Source: Candidatus Kaiserbacteria bacterium
GTDB taxonomy: Bacteria > Patescibacteriota > Minisyncoccia > Phycocordibacterales > Phycocordibacteraceae
Assembly: GCA_963813065.1 (NCBI GenBank)
Contig: CAWEXP010000010.1
Span: forward strand, 7,276 to 71,275
Direction of reading: 5' to 3'
DNA length: 64,000 bases
The position numbers and the translations under genes are program-made. The notes beneath the pieces were generated by a model, which saw only the letters and a list, made by a program, of their open reading frames with translations, ran no database searches and had not been told where the DNA came from. This document shows positions 48,635 to 58,262 of the stretch, in pieces; position 1 is the first letter of the stretch; the number at the start of each line of letters is the position of its first letter.

Positions 48635-48702
48635 AACTTGCTACACTTGACCCTAGGCGCTCGCCCTGTGCGAGTCTTTAATCGACTAATTCCTCGCGTA
48701 TT

Positions 48703-49386
48703 ATGGTTTTCACTACCTGGGCCGATGTGCTCAACCAGTCCTTTCAGAGCCTGTTCTACGGGCTGGTTGCCTTCATCCCCAATCTTGTCGTTGCGATTAT
48801 CATCTTCATCGTCGGTTGGTTGATCGGCGTTGGCCTCGGGCGCGTCGTCGCGCAGATCGTCAACTCGCTCCGCATTGATGCGGCGCTTCGTGCCGCCGGT
48901 GTTGAGCGGGTCCTCTCTCGCGCGGGTTTCGAGCTCTCTGCGGGGAAGTTCCTCGGTTTCCTCGTCGAGTGGTTCTTCATCATCGTCTTCCTCGTTGCCT
49001 CGCTTGAGGTCCTGCACCTCGACACGGTGAACCTCTTCATCCGCGATGTCGTGCTCGGCTACCTCCCGCAGGTTATCGTCGCGGTGCTCATCTTGCTTGT
49101 CGCGGCGGTCATCGCCGAGGCGGCCAAGAATGTCGTGACCGGCTCGGCCAAGGCGGCGGCGATCCATTCTGCCGGCTTCCTCGGTCAGGTCGCACGCTAC
49201 GCAATCTGGGTGTTCGCGATTCTCGCGGCACTCGACCAGCTCCAGGTCGCGACGGCTTTCGTCCAGACCCTCTTCACGGGCATCGTGATTGCAGTCTCGC
49301 TCGCAGTCGGTCTCGCTTTCGGTCTCGGTGGTCAGACTGCCGCGGCTCGCTGGCTCGAAGACGTGCGCACAGAGATCAAGAAATAA
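48703..49386 (+). CDS. TM-helix repeat protein (CmpX / MscS N-terminal-like)
   Basis: FIPNLVVAIIIFIVGW, YLPQVIVAVLIL, GLAFGLGG. Confidence 0.85.
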   Translation: MVFTTWADVLNQSFQSLFYGLVAFIPNLVVAIIIFIVGWLIGVGLGRVVAQIVNSLRIDAALRAAGVERVLSRAGFELSAGKFLGFLVEWFFIIVFLVASLEVLHLDTVNLFIRDVVLGYLPQVIVAVLILLVAAVIAEAAKNVVTGSAKAAAIHSAGFLGQVARYAIWVFAILAALDQLQVATAFVQTLFTGIVIAVSLAVGLAFGLGGQTAAARWLEDVRTEIKK

Positions 49387-49489
49387 ATTCAGGTTCAAAA
49401 AGAACCCGCGCCCCAGAGGGGCGCGGGTTCTTGCATTTTCCATTATCTAAGATATAGTTCTCGCCAGAACCAACGAGAGGAGACTCGAT

Positions 49490-49858
49490 ATGTTCTGGAA
49501 TTGGAAACGCGGCGTCCCGTACGTCGTCATCGCCGGACTAGCATTCGCGAGTACTTTTGTACTCGTCTATATGTTTGTGTGGGCAGACTTCTTGCCCTCA
49601 CTTGAGGCGGGACTGTTCATCGGATTCATGCTCGGCGTGTTAGCGGCCGTGGTTTCGCTCTCGATGGCGATGGATCGGCCCGGCGCAGTACGCCTCGGTT
49701 CTCTATTCATCTTCGGCACGTTTGGGGTCATGATACTCTTTACGCAATCGATGCCCACACTCGCCATTCTCTTGGCCGTCACGATGGTCATCCTGGAGAT
49801 TCCGTTCGTCTTCGAAATGCTGGCACCTGCTCGCTGGCGTCTCGATCCCGCCGCCTAA
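49490..49858 (+). CDS. Hypothetical four-TM protein
   Basis: RBS GAGGAG, hydrophobic ORF, downstream hairpin. Confidence 0.7.
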   Translation: MFWNWKRGVPYVVIAGLAFASTFVLVYMFVWADFLPSLEAGLFIGFMLGVLAAVVSLSMAMDRPGAVRLGSLFIFGTFGVMILFTQSMPTLAILLAVTMVILEIPFVFEMLAPARWRLDPAA

Positions 49859-50733
49859 TCAATCCGCGCCCCTCCTTGGGGCGTTTTTCTTTGCCCCAGC
49901 CTGTTGACAGCAAATTGGGCATACCCTATACTCGCTTCTACGTGTCTAGAAACAAAACAAACCAGCACCAATCGGGGTTAGGCCTTTGATGGCCGCGCGT
50001 TTGTAACGCGAACCGCCCTGATGGGGCGGTTCGCGTTTCTAAAGGACGGCACGCGCTCTCTGACACACGAATACGATAGAGAGGTAAACCCGTACACTCA
50101 ATGTGAGTGTCGGGTAAACACTTCGAAAGAGGTGTGTGAAAAAGTGTGCGTGTGTGGTGTGCAGGATTCTGCACGAGAGACAGTAAGAGTGCGCGGTGGA
50201 TGCCTTGGCCTAGGATGGCGAAGAAGGACGCGACTAACCGGCGATACGCTTCGGGGAGGTGGTTTGTAACCTTTGATCCGAAGATGTCCGAATGGGGAAA
50301 CCCGCCCGATCTTGTATCGGGTACTCACGGGGTAACGCCTGTGAAGAGCAAACCCAGGGAAGTGAAACATCTCAGTACCTGGAGGAAAAGAGAACAATTG
50401 GAGTTGCGTTCCGTCGGCGCGTATGTTCGTGCTGATGGAACGCGACTCTCGTGATACCCCGAGTAGCGGCGAGCGAAACGGGAGAAGCCCAAACCGAAGT
50501 CTTCGGACTTCGGGGTTGTAAGATGTGGACCGCATGTAGAATGCAAAAAGTTATCAATCGTCGGCATAGCAGAAGCTGTTGGAAAGCAGCGCCCCAGAGG
50601 GTAATGGCCCCGTACGCGAAATGCCTGACGACTTTTGTCCATATTCTTGAGTAGCTCGAGACATGAATAGCTCGAGCGAATCTGCCGGAACTAACCGGTA
50701 AGGCTAAATACATCCTATGACCGATAGCGAACT

Positions 50734-50764
<31 letters not shown>

Positions 50765-52208
50765 GAGAGGGGAGTGAAATAGAACTGAAACCGCGTACTT
50801 ACAAAGGGTGGGAACGGATGGCGCAAGCCATACCGCGACCGCGTGCCTATTGAAGAATGAGCCGGCGAGTGTGTCCATGCTGCGTAGCTAAGCCCTTCCG
50901 GGGCGGAGCTGTAGGGAAACCGAGCGTTAATAGCGCGTTCGTAGCATAGATACGACCCGAAGCCAGATGAGCTTGCCATGAGCAGGGCGAAGTTCCGCGA
51001 AAGCGGAATGGAGGCCCGAACCCGTAGATCGTACAACGTCTTGGGATGACTTGTGGTAAGGAGTGAAAAGCTAATCGAATCTGGGAATAGCTGGTTCTCT
51101 CCGAAACAGCTTTTGGGCTGGCGTCGCGAAAACGTGCACACGGGGGTAGAGCACTGGCAGGGACCAACAGGGAGAAATCTCGTGGTTCCTATCAAACTCC
51201 GAATACCGTGTGCTCCGCGCGGCAGTTAGACGGTGGGGGCGAAGCTCCACGCGTCGAGAGGGGAAGAGCCCGGATCGCAAATTAAGGCCCCAAAATCGAT
51301 GCTCAGTACATCACAAGGAAGTGAGGATCCTTCGACAATGAGGATGTTGGCTTAGAAGCAGCCACCATTTAAAGAAAGCGTAACAGCTCACTCATCGAGG
51401 GTCCTTGCGCCGAAGATGATCGGGGTTAAGCATCGTGCCGAAATTGCGGGCTTGAGCAGGTGCATGCATCTGCCAAGCGGTAGGAGAGCGTTCGCATCTG
51501 CGATGAAGGTTAAGGGGTAACCCAAGCTGGAGTGATGCGAAGTGAGAATGCCGGTACAAGTAACCACAATGCGGGTGAGAACCCCGCACGTCGAAAGATT
51601 AAGGTTTCCAGAGCCATGGTGATCAGCTCTGGGTTAGTCGGGCCTAAGGGGATGGCGAGAGCCGCACCCGATGGACACAGGGTTAATATTCCCTGACCGA
51701 CGCATGGGCGATGGAGTGACGGACTGCTGTATATGTTGCCGGTAATTGGATTCCGGTCAGTTACATGAGGGTGTGATGTAGGGAAATCCGCATCGCATAA
51801 GCCCGAGTGTCGCCGCAATTTCCTTCTTCGGAGGGAGAGAGAACATAAAGCGCGGTCTCGAGAAAACCTTCTACGCGTAACCATGCGTTCGACCGTACCG
51901 CAAACCGACACAGGTGATCAGGGCGAGTAGCCCAAGACGAACGAGTGAGATGTCCTCAAGGAACTCGGCAAAAAAGCGGCCGTAAGTTAGCGATAAGGCC
52001 TGCCCCTCGCAAGAGGGGCCGCAGTGAAAGTTTTCCTGGCAACTGTTTACCAAAAACACAGCTCCCTGCGAACTCGTAAGAGGATGTATAGGGGGTGACA
52101 CCTGACCAATGCCGGAAGGTTAAGTACGGGCGGTGAAACTACTTCGGTAGTCAGCTGGACTGTATATGCCCCGGTGAATGTCGGCGATAACTATAATCGT
52201 CCTAAGGT

Positions 52209-52386
52209 TCGCGGCACGACCAGTGTCGCGCCGCGAAGGACTAGGACGATTGTAGGGTGAACAGATAAACACCAAGTTACCTTTGCAGAAAGTAATTTCT
52301 GCATTGTCCAATCATGGCACGAAGAGACCATACGCCATGCTCCGCGCAAGCGGATGAAGATATGGCCCAGGTTAGAGAAATACCTG
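52209..52386 (+). mobile_element. Group I-like intron at 23S position about 1931 (E. coli numbering), 178 nt, no ORF
   Basis: Splits CCTAAGGT^AGCGCAATTCC; ends in G; GAAGATATGGCC J8/7-P7-like motif. Confidence 0.8.
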
Positions 52387-52564
52387 AGCGCAATTCCTTG
52401 TCGGGTACGGAAGATGCCCGTTCTGGAAGCGATTCCAGAAGCAAAATCGGCTATATCGGTGAAGTCCTCGCTGGAGCGCCACACAAAGGATGGCGCAGTG
52501 AAGGCAGGAGAATACCGAGGGAAGTTCGTGCACTTCAATGGGGGAAAAGAGAGAGGAGAGAAAG

Positions 52565-52693
52565 ATGCAAATCTGGGATGAAGATGGCTTCTTCACCAAG
52601 AACGGAGCGAGGTTAGCGTTCGGATGTCTGGGACTGGCGATACTGCTCAGTCTCACTCCCGCAATCCTGGCCGCCTTCGGTCTAATCAAGTAG
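52565..52693 (+). CDS. 42-aa hydrophobic peptide inside the intron P6 loop
   Basis: RBS GAGGAG then MQIWDEDGFFTKNGARLAFGCLGLAILLSLTPAILAAFGLIK*. Confidence 0.6.
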   Translation: MQIWDEDGFFTKNGARLAFGCLGLAILLSLTPAILAAFGLIK

Positions 52694-52823
52694 CCATAGA
52701 AATTGTTGCCGATCTTTCGGCGGGAGTTTTAAGACTCCCGCCCCCATTGAAGTGCACGAACCCCGTATCGACTTTGGTCACCACCATCCATTGGTGACCA
52801 GGATGGTGCTATCATATACAGAT

Positions 52824-53330
52824 ATGAAGCGCCATAATACGCCGACGCTGAAGACGAAAGTGCGAGACGTGAACGAATATATTTCCGGTTTTTCTGACGG
52901 AGAAGGATGCTTTTCAGTATCCTTTTCCAAGCGCGATAAATTCTTGATTGGATGGGAAACGAAACCAAGCTTTTGCGTGGCGCAAAACCACGACCGAGCA
53001 GAAGTGTTGTTTCTTATGCAAAAGAAGTTCGGGTGCGGATTCATGCGGCGAGACGCGAAGGACCGGACTTTGAAATACGAAGTTCGTTCGCTCGACGACT
53101 TGCTGACAAACGTGATTCCGCATTTCGAACGCTATCCGCTCCTGTCAGGCAAAGCAAAAGACTTCAAGCTATTCAAGCGCGTATGCCTTCTGATGGAAAA
53201 AGGGAAGCATACGACGTTTACTGGCCTGAAAGAAATCACCCGACTTGCATTCCAAATGAATCCGAGCGGGACGAGGAAATATAAACGGCACGAGATTCTC
53301 GCGCATGCTCGTCATCAGATGAAGATATAG
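52824..53330 (+). CDS. LAGLIDADG homing endonuclease (single motif)
   Basis: YISGFSDGEGCFSV, F.VAQ, FGCG, VIPHFERYPLLS.K..DF..F. Confidence 0.93.
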   Translation: MKRHNTPTLKTKVRDVNEYISGFSDGEGCFSVSFSKRDKFLIGWETKPSFCVAQNHDRAEVLFLMQKKFGCGFMRRDAKDRTLKYEVRSLDDLLTNVIPHFERYPLLSGKAKDFKLFKRVCLLMEKGKHTTFTGLKEITRLAFQMNPSGTRKYKRHEILAHARHQMKI

Positions 53331-54002
53331 TCAGTGCCCGCAGAAATGCGGGAAGAACATGAAATTCCGACGTGCACGAATGGTGTAATGACTGGGAAAC
53401 TGTCTCGAGGACTCGCTCGGTGAAAATGCACTTCCGGTGAAGATGCCGGATACCTGTAGTTAGACGAAAAGACCCCAGGAGCTTTACTACAGCTTCGTAT
53501 TGTCAGTACGTGCTGCATGCGTAGCATAGCGGTGAGAGGTTGAAGTATTGGTCTCGGCTGATATGGACTCGTCAGTGAAATAGCCGTCTTGCTGTGTGTA
53601 CTGTCTAACCCCAGTGGGATCCATTGGGGGACCGTGCGTGGCAGGTAGTTTTGGTGGGGCGCTATCCTCCTAAAAAGTAACGGAGGAGTCTATTAAGGTT
53701 CTCTAGCCGCGAATGGAAACCGTGGCGATAGTGTAATGGCATAAGAGAGCTTAACTGCGAGGGGTACATCCCGAGCAGATGCGAAAGCAGAGCATAGTGA
53801 ACTTCTGACATGCCTTAGACGCATTCAGAAATTAACGGATATAAGTTACCCTGGGGATAACAGGCTAGTTCCGCCCAAGCGTCCATAGCGACGGCGGAGT
53901 TCGGCACCTCGATGTCGGCTCACCATAGCGCGGGGCTGGAGCAGGTCCCAAGCGTTTGGCTGTTCGCCAATTAAAATGGTACGCGAGCTGGGTTCAGACC
54001 GT

Positions 54003-54337
54003 TCAGCATCTCATTATCGAGGTTTAACCTCGATATGGGGGATTGAACGGTCTGAGCCCCGAGGCTAGAACACTTTGGTGTTCGCCCGACCCGAAAGGGT
54101 TTAGGGTTAGTAACGACAAAATCACGGCGGCCTCATGCAGGAATGCATGGGTGCACATCAACTTATATCGGTAAAACCCGATCTCGTTGTGTACGAGAGG
54201 GCAATACCGAGGGAATGAGTGAGATTTAAATGTTTAAATATTTAAATCTCACTCGGCCCGTAGAGACTGAATGTTGATTATCCAGAACGGATAAAGTTAC
54301 AGTCCGATCCTTGCAGTAATGCAAGCAAACGTAGATG
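54003..54337 (+). mobile_element. Group I intron at 23S position about 2593, no ORF
   Basis: Splits CAGACCGT^CGTGAGACAG; AATACCGAGGGAA, CCCGTAGAGACT, AAAGTTACAGTC, terminal G. Confidence 0.9.
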
Positions 54338-54400
54338 CGTGAGACAGGTTGGTCTCCTATCTACTACAGGCGTTGATTCTTGAGGAGGGTCGTCCCTAGT

Positions 54401-55196
54401 AAAGAATTGCTACTTCAGGAAGAGATTCCTGATGACAACGCGGCTTATAACGGTGAAGTCTACGGCGCGTCTGGTATTAGAGTGCGGTATCCGAAGGTCC
54501 AGTGGATATCGAACTCGCTTGAGGACCAGAATGACGCTATGATAATACCGTGGGAAGTCGATCAGCTATCAAAGCAGTGGAACTTGCGTATATCGCGGGC
54601 TTCCTGGACGGAGACGGAAGTCTCATGCTCCAGGTCAAGAAGCGTGGCGACTCGGCGAAGGGTGTGCGATTCATGGCGACGATATGTCTCTACCAAGACA
54701 GTCGCCATGATGCGCCGCTCTCGTGGATTCGCCGGCGACTCGGGTGCGGATATGTTTCCAAGCGAAACGATGGCATGACGGAGTTGCGCATCAACGGTTT
54801 CTCGCAAGTGCGAGCGACCTTGTCAGCGCTTCTGCCGCACCTTCATTTCAAAAAGAAACAAGCGCGGTTGTTAGTTCGAGCATGTATCATGCTTGAACGG
54901 CAAACGCTCCGTACGATGCCCGCAAAAGATATACGGAAACTCGTTGACCTCCTCCTGCTCATACAAAACGAAAACTATATGAGCAAAAGACGGAAGACGA
55001 AAAATGAACTGCACAAGATACTTGGTTTGACCCCGTAACGACTTGCGTTGAAAGACACGCAGAGTCATAGGTTTGAGGAATCATTTCGTTGAAAATGACT
55101 GCTCCTATGGCTAAGATGCCGCCGTCCTAATCCACCAAGCTGGCGGAGAGGATGAAGATATAGTCTGCGCTCCTGGAAACAGGGGAAAAACAAGCG
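54401..55196 (+). mobile_element. Group I intron in the sarcin-ricin loop (after about U2656) with homing endonuclease
   Basis: Splits CCCTAGT^ACGAGAGGACC; P1 UAGU/GCUA, AATACCGTGGGAAG, CCCCGTAACGACT, GAAGATATAGTC, terminal G. Confidence 0.92.
54550..55038 (+). CDS. LAGLIDADG homing endonuclease (single motif)
   Basis: LAYIAGFLDGDGSL, ICLYQ, LGCGYV, LLPHLHFKKKQA. Confidence 0.93.
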   Translation: MGSRSAIKAVELAYIAGFLDGDGSLMLQVKKRGDSAKGVRFMATICLYQDSRHDAPLSWIRRRLGCGYVSKRNDGMTELRINGFSQVRATLSALLPHLHFKKKQARLLVRACIMLERQTLRTMPAKDIRKLVDLLLLIQNENYMSKRRKTKNELHKILGLTP

Positions 55197-55566
55197 ACGA
55201 GAGGACCGGGATGAACTGACCTCTGGTCTACCAGCTGTCCTGCCAAGGGCACCGCTGGGTAGCTATGTCGGGTCGTGATAACCGCTGAAAGCATATAAGC
55301 GGGAAACATGCTCCAAGATTAGGAATCGTTCGAGGCCCCTGGGAGATGACCAGGTTGATAGGCTCTAGGTGGAAGTGCCGCAAGGCATGGAGCCGAGGAG
55401 TACTAATACGCCGAGTCTCTCGTGCGGAATCGTGCACAACACAAGCCGTCACTTTTTCTGTACCTCCTGCGCCCTTCGTAGCTCGTCCGCGAGCGAAGTA
55501 GGGTCGTATTCGCGCGTGCCCTGCGTAGCTTTATGCGAAGCAGGGTAAGTAATCTCGAGTGTTCAG

Positions 55567-55681
55567 TTCTGGTGGTTTGGCGAGAGGGTCACACCCGATC
55601 CCATTCCGAACTCGGAAGTTAAGCCTCTTAGCGGCGATGGTACTCACTGTTACAGGTGGGGAGAGTAGCTAGCCGCCAGAA
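55567..55681 (+). rRNA. rrf: 5S rRNA
   Basis: CACCCGATCCCATTCCGAACTCGGAAGTTAAG, GATGGTACT, GGGAGAGTAG; paired ends. Confidence 0.95.
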
Positions 55682-55706
55682 CCGAGCACTTGAGATTTTG
55701 TTTTAA

Positions 55707-55788
55707 CGTGGGTGTAGCTCAGCATGGTAGAGCACTGATTGTCCTAGCAATCGGAGGCCGCAGGTTCAAATCCTCGCCACCCCGACCA
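55707..55788 (+). tRNA. Atypical tRNA-like element, identity undetermined
   Basis: D-arm GCTC/GAGC, GGTTCAAATCC, 3' ACCA; anticodon arm is 20 nt instead of 17, with single-base bulges in acceptor and T stems. Confidence 0.55.
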
Positions 55789-55833
55789 TTTTCCATCGCC
55801 GCAATCGCGGCGATTTTTGTTATACTGGTCGAC

Positions 55834-56598
55834 ATGTCCTGGGCGGCGCGGAGACGGCTGATTATTATGCTGAGTATCGGCGGCGTTGTCGTCGCCATCT
55901 TCGGTAGCATTATTTTTACCCTCACCTATCGAGCGCCATCGTGCAGTGATGGCAGGCAGAATCAGGGCGAGCTGGGTATCGACTGCGGCGGGCCATGTTC
56001 CAATCTCTGCTCCGCTCTCGAGGATGCGCCGACGGTCCTCTCGACGCGCGCCATCCCGAACGGAGCCGGTCGCACCGATGTCTTGGCTTTTGTTGAAAAT
56101 CAAAATGCGAACGCCGCCGCGCGCGCGGTGCCCTACACCATCACGCTCTATGACGCGAGCCACAGTCTCATCCAGCGGGTCGAGGGAACCGTCAATCTGC
56201 CGCCTTCGTCGACCGTGCCGGTGTATGTGCCCGGTGTCGCCTCGGGGAATCAAGTTGTTGCTTCGGCGTTTCTCTCTATCGATGCGACAGCGATACCGTG
56301 GTTCACCTACACCGAGACGCGCGCTCTGCCAAGCTACAACAACGACGCAACGCTCACCAACGCTACCGCCGCGCCGCGCATCACCGCGACTCTCTCTAAC
56401 GCGATGCCGACGCCAGTGCAGAATGTGCATGTCATCGTCGCGGTCTATAACGCCGCGGGTAACGTCATCGCCGCATCCGCTACCCTCATCCCGAGCATCC
56501 CCGCGCAAGGGCGCGCGACCGCGACCTTCACCTGGAATCAGCCTTTCGCGGGCAATGCGGCCTCGATAGGCGTCCTGCCCGTTACGATGCTCCCATAA
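55834..56598 (+). CDS. Membrane-anchored protein with Cys-rich CSDG.QNQGE.GIDCGGPC motif and Ig-like domains
   Basis: MSWAARRR + TM helix + Cys motif. Confidence 0.8.
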   Translation: MSWAARRRLIIMLSIGGVVVAIFGSIIFTLTYRAPSCSDGRQNQGELGIDCGGPCSNLCSALEDAPTVLSTRAIPNGAGRTDVLAFVENQNANAAARAVPYTITLYDASHSLIQRVEGTVNLPPSSTVPVYVPGVASGNQVVASAFLSIDATAIPWFTYTETRALPSYNNDATLTNATAAPRITATLSNAMPTPVQNVHVIVAVYNAAGNVIAASATLIPSIPAQGRATATFTWNQPFAGNAASIGVLPVTMLP

Positions 56599-56599
56599 C

Positions 56600-57766
56600 A
56601 TGCCGACTCTGGCCCGACCGCGCCTGCCCGCCCACCAACCTGGTTGGTGGGCGGGTGAACGCATCCATATCGAGTGGACACTGCTCGCGCCTGCGGTTGC
56701 GCTCGCGCTTCTCGGCATCCTGACGATGAACACATTCGGTGTTGGGGTGTCCCTGGCGGGGCGACAGATGCTCTGGCTCGTCGCGGCAATCGCGGTCTAC
56801 CTCGCAGTCGCGGCGATCGACGTGCGCTTCATTCGCCGGACCACCGTCATTATGAGTGCGTACGCGCTCGCGCTCGTCTTGCTCGCACTCGTGCTCGTGA
56901 TTGCGCACCCTGTCCTCGGTGCGAAGGCGTGGTTCACGCTTGGGCCCGTCTCCTTCCAGCCCGCGGATCTCGCCAAGCTCGCATTGATTGCGCTTCTCGC
57001 GAAATATCTCTCGCGGCGTCACGTCGAGATTGGTGACTTCCGCCACATCATCGTCTCGGGTGCATACGCGTTCGTTATTGTTTTGCTGGTGCTCGTCGAG
57101 CCCGATCTCGGCAACGCGATTATTCTCGGCACCGTCTGGCTCGGGATGATGCTCGTCTCGGGCATCTCGAAGAAACATCTCGCGGTGCTTGGTTGTGTCG
57201 CGCTTGTTGCGGCGGCCGGGCTCTGGTTCGGCGGTCTGCATCAATATCAGCGCGCGCGCATCATGTCCTTCGTTAATCCCGCGAGCGACATTCGCGGCGC
57301 AGGCTACAACGCCTATCAGGCGAAGATTGCCGTCGGCTCGGGTGGCCTGGTGGGGAAGGGTATCGGCTATGGCACGCAATCGAAATTGCGTTTCTTGCCG
57401 GAATATCAAACCGATTTTATTTTTGCCGCGTTCGCCGAGGAGTGGGGATTCGTCGGCATCTGCCTCTTGCTCGCGGTCTATGCGCTCCTCTTCTGGCGGA
57501 TGGCGCAGATCGCGCGTGCCTCGGCGACCAACTTCGACGCGTTCTTTACGCTCGGGGTGCTCGTCCTCTTCGCTGCGCACGTGGTGATTCATTCCGGCAT
57601 CAGCCTCGGGCTCTTGCCCGTGACCGGTACGACAATTCCTTTTATGAGCTCGGGCGGCTCGCATCTCGTGATGGAATTTGCCGCGCTCGGCATCATCACC
57701 TCGCTCGCGCGTTCCGGCCGTGGCGCCGCGCGTGATGCGAGCGCGAACGAGTACTTGGGCGGCTGA
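56600..57766 (+). CDS. rodA: Rod shape-determining protein RodA (SEDS family)
   Basis: GAKAWF.LG..SFQPAD.AK, EPDLG, YQRARI, IAVGSGG..GKG, PVTG.TIPFMSSGGS. Confidence 0.92.
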   Translation: MPTLARPRLPAHQPGWWAGERIHIEWTLLAPAVALALLGILTMNTFGVGVSLAGRQMLWLVAAIAVYLAVAAIDVRFIRRTTVIMSAYALALVLLALVLVIAHPVLGAKAWFTLGPVSFQPADLAKLALIALLAKYLSRRHVEIGDFRHIIVSGAYAFVIVLLVLVEPDLGNAIILGTVWLGMMLVSGISKKHLAVLGCVALVAAAGLWFGGLHQYQRARIMSFVNPASDIRGAGYNAYQAKIAVGSGGLVGKGIGYGTQSKLRFLPEYQTDFIFAAFAEEWGFVGICLLLAVYALLFWRMAQIARASATNFDAFFTLGVLVLFAAHVVIHSGISLGLLPVTGTTIPFMSSGGSHLVMEFAALGIITSLARSGRGAARDASANEYLGG

Positions 57767-57810
57767 ATAAAAAACGAAAGCGCCTGCGGAAGCAAGTGCC
57801 TCCGCAGGCG

Positions 57811-58128
57811 TCAGATCTCAACTACAGCATAATCAAGTATCGGAATATCAGAAGCCGGACCTTGCCCGAGATTTTTCGACATTATCGGAATAATGTCGAA
57901 TTGTTTCCCCGGGAAGAATTCACGTAGTTCCGCGCGTGCTTTCGCGAGGATTTGCGCGGCAAAGCTCTCCATGAAAGCATTTCCATATTCGCGACGAATC
58001 GCGCCGATGGTAGAGATGGTAAATGCCAGTGGTTGATTAGGATCACTTACCATTGTGAGAGCGTGCCAGGATGCACGACCCTCACCATGCTCTTCTTTAC
58101 CGCAGATACTGCATATCTTCGACTTCAT
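57811..58128 (-). CDS. Hypothetical protein with N-terminal CxxC
   Basis: ORF with GGAG RBS. Confidence 0.55.
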   Translation of the reverse strand: MKSKICSICGKEEHGEGRASWHALTMVSDPNQPLAFTISTIGAIRREYGNAFMESFAAQILAKARAELREFFPGKQFDIIPIMSKNLGQGPASDIPILDYAVVEI

Positions 58129-58262
58129 TTTTCGTCTCCACAATGTATGCGGTGAGTAGCCGCAGGAACCTCAAACCCGACTTATAACTTAGCACACCAA
58201 AATAGATTTGTCAATACATTTTGGAGATGGAAGTCGGGGGCAAAAGAGACCGCAAATAAAGG

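Larger units (their letters stand above)
52407..53361 (+). mobile_element. Group I intron at 23S position about 1951, carrying two ORFs
   Basis: Splits GTCGGGT^AAATTCCGAC; P1 CGGGU/GCCCG, AATACCGAGGGAAG, CCCCGTATCGACT, GAAGATATAGTC, terminal G. Confidence 0.92.

Noticed and set aside
55735-55754. Amber-suppressor tRNA (CTA in the loop) implying recoding
   Set aside because: The loop geometry is non-canonical so no anticodon can be assigned, and TAG serves as a normal stop in many genes here (for example nusG and tmk).
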